From: Anaerolineae bacterium
GTDB taxonomy: Bacteria > Chloroflexota > Anaerolineae > Epilineales > JAHCIE01
NCBI GenBank assembly: GCA_046328535.1
Contig: JAXLWJ010000017.1
Coordinates: forward strand, 26,993-90,992
Direction: 5' to 3'
DNA: 64,000 bases
This document shows, in pieces, positions 60,687-64,000 of the stretch; the first letter of the stretch is position 1, and every line of letters begins with the position of its first letter. The notes under the pieces are model-generated. The model was not told where the DNA came from. It saw only the letters and a list, made by a program, of their open reading frames with translations, and made no database searches. A program made the translations under genes and the position numbers.

Positions 60687-62752
60687 GCCGGTTGCCGACG
60701 CGCCTTCTCCGCCCGCTTGTCCTGGCGGCCTGCGCCGCCTGGCTGGCCGTCTGCCTCGCCGCTGGCGCGCGCGCGGCGCCCGCGCCCCAGGCGGCGAACG
60801 CCTTCGAGCCGGCGCCCTGCCCGTTCCCCCTCGTCCCGCGCGATGCGGGGGCGTTGGGGAGCCTGCTGACGGAGACGGGGCGGGTGGTGGAGGGGCGCGA
60901 CGTGGCGTGCGGCTACCTCACCGTGCCGGCCCATCACGCGGCCCCCGATGGCCCGACGATCAAGCTGGCCGTGGCGGTCATCAAGAGCACGGGTGAGTCG
61001 CCCGCGCCCGACCCGCTGGTCATGCTCCAGGGCGGGCCGGGCGGCTCGACGATTGACACCTACGCCCCGCTCTTTCTGCTCGGCCTCCTGCCCGACGCCA
61101 ACAAGATCCGCGCCGAGCGCGACATTGTGCTGTTCGACCAGCGCGGCACGCTGTACTCGCAGCCGTCGCTGCTCTGCCCGGAGGACCTGGACCTGATCGA
61201 GCGCACCATCGAGCAGCGCCTCAGCCGCGAGGAGGGCGCGCGGCTGCAAGCGGAGTCGGCGCTGGCGTGCCGCGACAGGCTCACCCGCGAAGGCGTGGAC
61301 CTCACGGCGTACAACAGCCTGGAAAACGCCGCCGATATTGACAGCCTGCGCCGCGCACTCGGCTACGATCAAATCAACCTGTACGGCGTGTCTTATGGCA
61401 CGCTCCTGGCGCTGCACGCGATGCGGGCGTACCCCGACAGCCTGCGCAGCGTCATTCTCGACGGCGTTGTGCCGCCCCAGGTGAACTTCCTGCTGGACGG
61501 GGCGCGGTCGCAGCAGCGCGCGTTCGAGGAGCTGTTCCAGGCGTGCGCCGCGGACGCGGCGTGTCACGCGGCGTACCCCGACCTACGCCAGGTCTTCTTC
61601 GACAGCGTGGACACGCTGAATCAGACGCCGGCGCGGGTGGCGATCACCGACCCGCAGACGGGCCGCCGCTACGACGCTGTTCTGGACGGCGATACGTTCA
61701 GCAATAGTCTCTTCCAGTTCATGTACCCGGCGGAGCTGCTCGGCGCGCTTCCCAAAATGATCGCCGACGCCCACGAGGGGCGCTTCACACTGCTCGCCCA
61801 GGTCTGGCCGCTGATGCTGTTCGACCGGACCCTGGCGGAGGGGATGTATTTCTCAGTCGTCTGCGCCGAGGATGGCGGCTTTCGCGTCGAGGATGCGCGG
61901 CTGAGCGACATACCGCCGCAGATCGCCGCGCCGCAGGAGGTCCAGCTCCGCGCCCTGCAAGGGGTGTGCCAGGGCTGGCACGCGCCGCCCCTGCCGCCGG
62001 CGGCCGTCGCGCCGGTGGTGGGCCAGGTTCCGACGCTGCTGCTGTCGGGGCGGTTCGATCCGATCACGCCGCCGAGCTACGCCGCGACGGCGGCCGCGTC
62101 GCTGAGCCAGCGGTACAGCTATACGTTCCCCTGGGGCGGTCACGGCGCGTTTTCGAGCAATGCCTGCGCGACGAGCCTGGTGCAATCGTTTCTGGCCGAC
62201 CCGACGGCCGCGCCGGACGCGAGTTGTGTCGCGGCCCAGGCGGCGCCAGCCTTTGTCACGCCGGACGAGGTCATTGACAGCGCCGGGCTGGCCGCGCTGA
62301 TGCAGGCCCTCGGCAACCTGAACCTGGGCAAGATTGCGCTGCCAGCGGCGCTCATCCTCCTGCTCCAGTCGGTCGTCGCCGTCTGGCCGGTGAGTTGGCT
62401 GGTCAACCGGCTTCGGCGGCGCGGGCGAGGGCAGCCGTGGCCGGCCCGCCTGGCCCCCTGGCTGGCGGCGCTGACCGGCATCCTGGCCGGGCTGTTGATG
62501 GAGGGCTTGCTGGCCGTGGCCCTGCTCAGCGAGCGCACCGTGGTTCTGTTCGGTCTGCCGTCGGGCGCCGCCTGGCTGCTGTGGCTGCCGCCGCTGATTG
62601 TGGCGCTGGTCGTGGCGCTGGTCGGCCTCGCTATCGCGGCGTGGCGGCGGCGCTGGTGGGGGCCGCCACGCCGGGTGTACTTCACGCTCCTGGCGCTGGC
62701 CGCCGTCGGGGTCGTGGCGTCGCTGGCCGCGCTGAACGCGCTCTGGAAATAA
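60683..62752 (+). CDS. secreted alpha/beta hydrolase (S33 TAP-like peptidase) fused to a C-terminal polytopic membrane domain
   Basis: 689-aa ORF. GTG 60683 overlaps the upstream stop (GTGA). Signal peptide, LQGGPGGS, nucleophile GVSYGT, then ~5 TM helices in the last ~190 aa. Confidence 0.75.
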   Translation: MSRLPTRLLRPLVLAACAAWLAVCLAAGARAAPAPQAANAFEPAPCPFPLVPRDAGALGSLLTETGRVVEGRDVACGYLTVPAHHAAPDGPTIKLAVAVIKSTGESPAPDPLVMLQGGPGGSTIDTYAPLFLLGLLPDANKIRAERDIVLFDQRGTLYSQPSLLCPEDLDLIERTIEQRLSREEGARLQAESALACRDRLTREGVDLTAYNSLENAADIDSLRRALGYDQINLYGVSYGTLLALHAMRAYPDSLRSVILDGVVPPQVNFLLDGARSQQRAFEELFQACAADAACHAAYPDLRQVFFDSVDTLNQTPARVAITDPQTGRRYDAVLDGDTFSNSLFQFMYPAELLGALPKMIADAHEGRFTLLAQVWPLMLFDRTLAEGMYFSVVCAEDGGFRVEDARLSDIPPQIAAPQEVQLRALQGVCQGWHAPPLPPAAVAPVVGQVPTLLLSGRFDPITPPSYAATAAASLSQRYSYTFPWGGHGAFSSNACATSLVQSFLADPTAAPDASCVAAQAAPAFVTPDEVIDSAGLAALMQALGNLNLGKIALPAALILLLQSVVAVWPVSWLVNRLRRRGRGQPWPARLAPWLAALTGILAGLLMEGLLAVALLSERTVVLFGLPSGAAWLLWLPPLIVALVVALVGLAIAAWRRRWWGPPRRVYFTLLALAAVGVVASLAALNALWK

Positions 62753-62815
62753 AGCGCCGCGTGGGGTATCATTGGGGCGCATCGCACCATCAACTTCTTC
62801 AGGAGACAAAACCCG

Positions 62816-63376
62816 GTGAACGAGCTAACTGCGCAGGACAAAGAGTTCCTGTTCCAAACGGTGCTGCAAGTCGGCCTGGCGGTCATGACGGCCTCGCCGA
62901 GCGGCCTGGAAGGCACATTCGAGGAAACGGAGACAATGGTCGAGGCGCCGGCGCGGCTGGCGCAGAACTTCCCGAACTCGACGCTGATCCAGGCGATCCT
63001 GGAGCAGAATCGCGGCGGTGAGGAAGATGTGGCGGACGAGCTGGCGGAGGAAGGGGCGGCGGAGGACGAGGGCGAGGCGGAGGATGGCGGCGCGGACGAA
63101 ACGGACGAGGCAGACGAGCGCCCGGAGGGGCCGGACCAGATTCTCGCCGAGGCGCTGGACATGTGCCGCGAAGCCGCCGAGATCCTGAAAGGGGTGGACG
63201 CCCAGGAAGCCGCCCAGTACAAGGCGTGGGTCCTGGCGTGTGGCGCGGCGGTGGCCCAGGCGTCGAAAGAGGGCGGCTTCCTGGGCTTTCGCAAGAAGCT
63301 GGTGACGGACGACGAGCGCTCGGCGCTGGAGCAGATCGCCACGACGCTCGACGCGCCGTTGCCGACGCTCCCGTAG
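62816..63376 (+). CDS. hypothetical helical protein with a central poly-acidic segment (paralog 1)
   Basis: 186-aa ORF, GTG start. EEDVADELAEEGAAEDEGEAEDGGADETDEADE. Shares the LFQTVLQVGLAV / YKAWVL...A..SKEGG motifs with the next gene. Confidence 0.6.
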   Translation: MNELTAQDKEFLFQTVLQVGLAVMTASPSGLEGTFEETETMVEAPARLAQNFPNSTLIQAILEQNRGGEEDVADELAEEGAAEDEGEAEDGGADETDEADERPEGPDQILAEALDMCREAAEILKGVDAQEAAQYKAWVLACGAAVAQASKEGGFLGFRKKLVTDDERSALEQIATTLDAPLPTLP

Positions 63377-63395
63377 CACAGTTTGTGAAGGGGGA

Positions 63396-63884
63396 TTGCC
63401 GATGAAGGACAACTATACGCCAGAAGAGCTGCGCGAGCTGTTCGAGACGGCGGTGCAGGTGGGGTTCGCGGTCATTGCCGCGTCGAAAAGCGGGGTGGTG
63501 GGGACGTTCGACGAGATGCGGGCGCTGGTCGGCGCGCCCGAACAGATCGCGCAGGCGACGTACCCCGCCAACGCCCTCATCAAGGCGATGGTACCCGACG
63601 ACCCGTCCGCCGAGCTGTCGCCCGACCTCTCCAAGCCGTCGCTCAAGGGGCCGCATCAGCTCAAGCAGGAGGCCATCGAGGCGTGCGCGGCGGCCGCCCA
63701 GCTCCTGGCGGATAAGGAGGAGGGGGACGAGGCGGGCGAGTACAAGGCCTGGGTGCTGCATATCGGTGAGTCCGTCGCCGGGGCGGCGAAGGAGAGCATG
63801 AACCCGTTCGCGAATGCCATTAGCCATGATGAGAAAGCGGTGCTGCGGGACTGCGCGAAGGCGTTGGGGGTCGAGTACAAGTAG
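63396..63884 (+). CDS. hypothetical helical protein (paralog 2)
   Basis: 162-aa ORF starting 19 nt after the previous stop. LFETAVQVGFAVIAASKSGVVGTFDE...YKAWVLHIGESVAGAAKES. Confidence 0.6.
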   Translation: MPMKDNYTPEELRELFETAVQVGFAVIAASKSGVVGTFDEMRALVGAPEQIAQATYPANALIKAMVPDDPSAELSPDLSKPSLKGPHQLKQEAIEACAAAAQLLADKEEGDEAGEYKAWVLHIGESVAGAAKESMNPFANAISHDEKAVLRDCAKALGVEYK

Positions 63885-64000
63885 CGACGGCCAGGCTGGC
63901 AAGGGTTCACCGGAGGGAGGGGCGCTGTGACCGAGAGAATAGCGCACGCTGTGAGGCGCAAGTCGCGGGCGAACCGAACCCCGGTGCGGCGCTTCAATGC

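Overview
High-GC bacterial chromosomal segment, mostly housekeeping. Gene content, a T-box leader and the style of the intergenic repeats suggest a Chloroflexota-like organism; this is inference only. Recognisable content, in order: an F420 locus (cofD frameshifted, cofC, an adjacent FrdA/NadB-like flavoprotein) and an F420-type LLM oxidoreductase; rplU-rpmA-rpmE-tdk; tandem YihY membrane proteins; a peptide-type ABC locus with two duplicated lipoprotein binding proteins and two permeases but no ATPase; a 2TM K+ channel; phnDCE; T-box-controlled aspS; a pentose-phosphate/glycolysis cluster (gnd-like, pgi, rpiA, rpe); an M23 peptidase-bactofilin pair; and a P-type ATPase followed by four uncharacterised genes. 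The accessory or decaying parts are an IS4-superfamily element that splits a multidomain M23 peptidase gene (the junction can be rebuilt to the base), an aspartate-less LuxR-type response regulator next to a palindrome, toxin-antitoxin remnants beside an unusual initiator-like tRNA, and several frame lesions. The most striking property of the window is that nearly every intergenic spacer holds members of at least six short hairpin-repeat families, some nested in one another or intruding into gene ends. I found no CRISPR array, no rRNA and no clear-cut novel defence system. The best candidates for undescribed biology are ranked in the findings, and all of them rest on inference from sequence alone.
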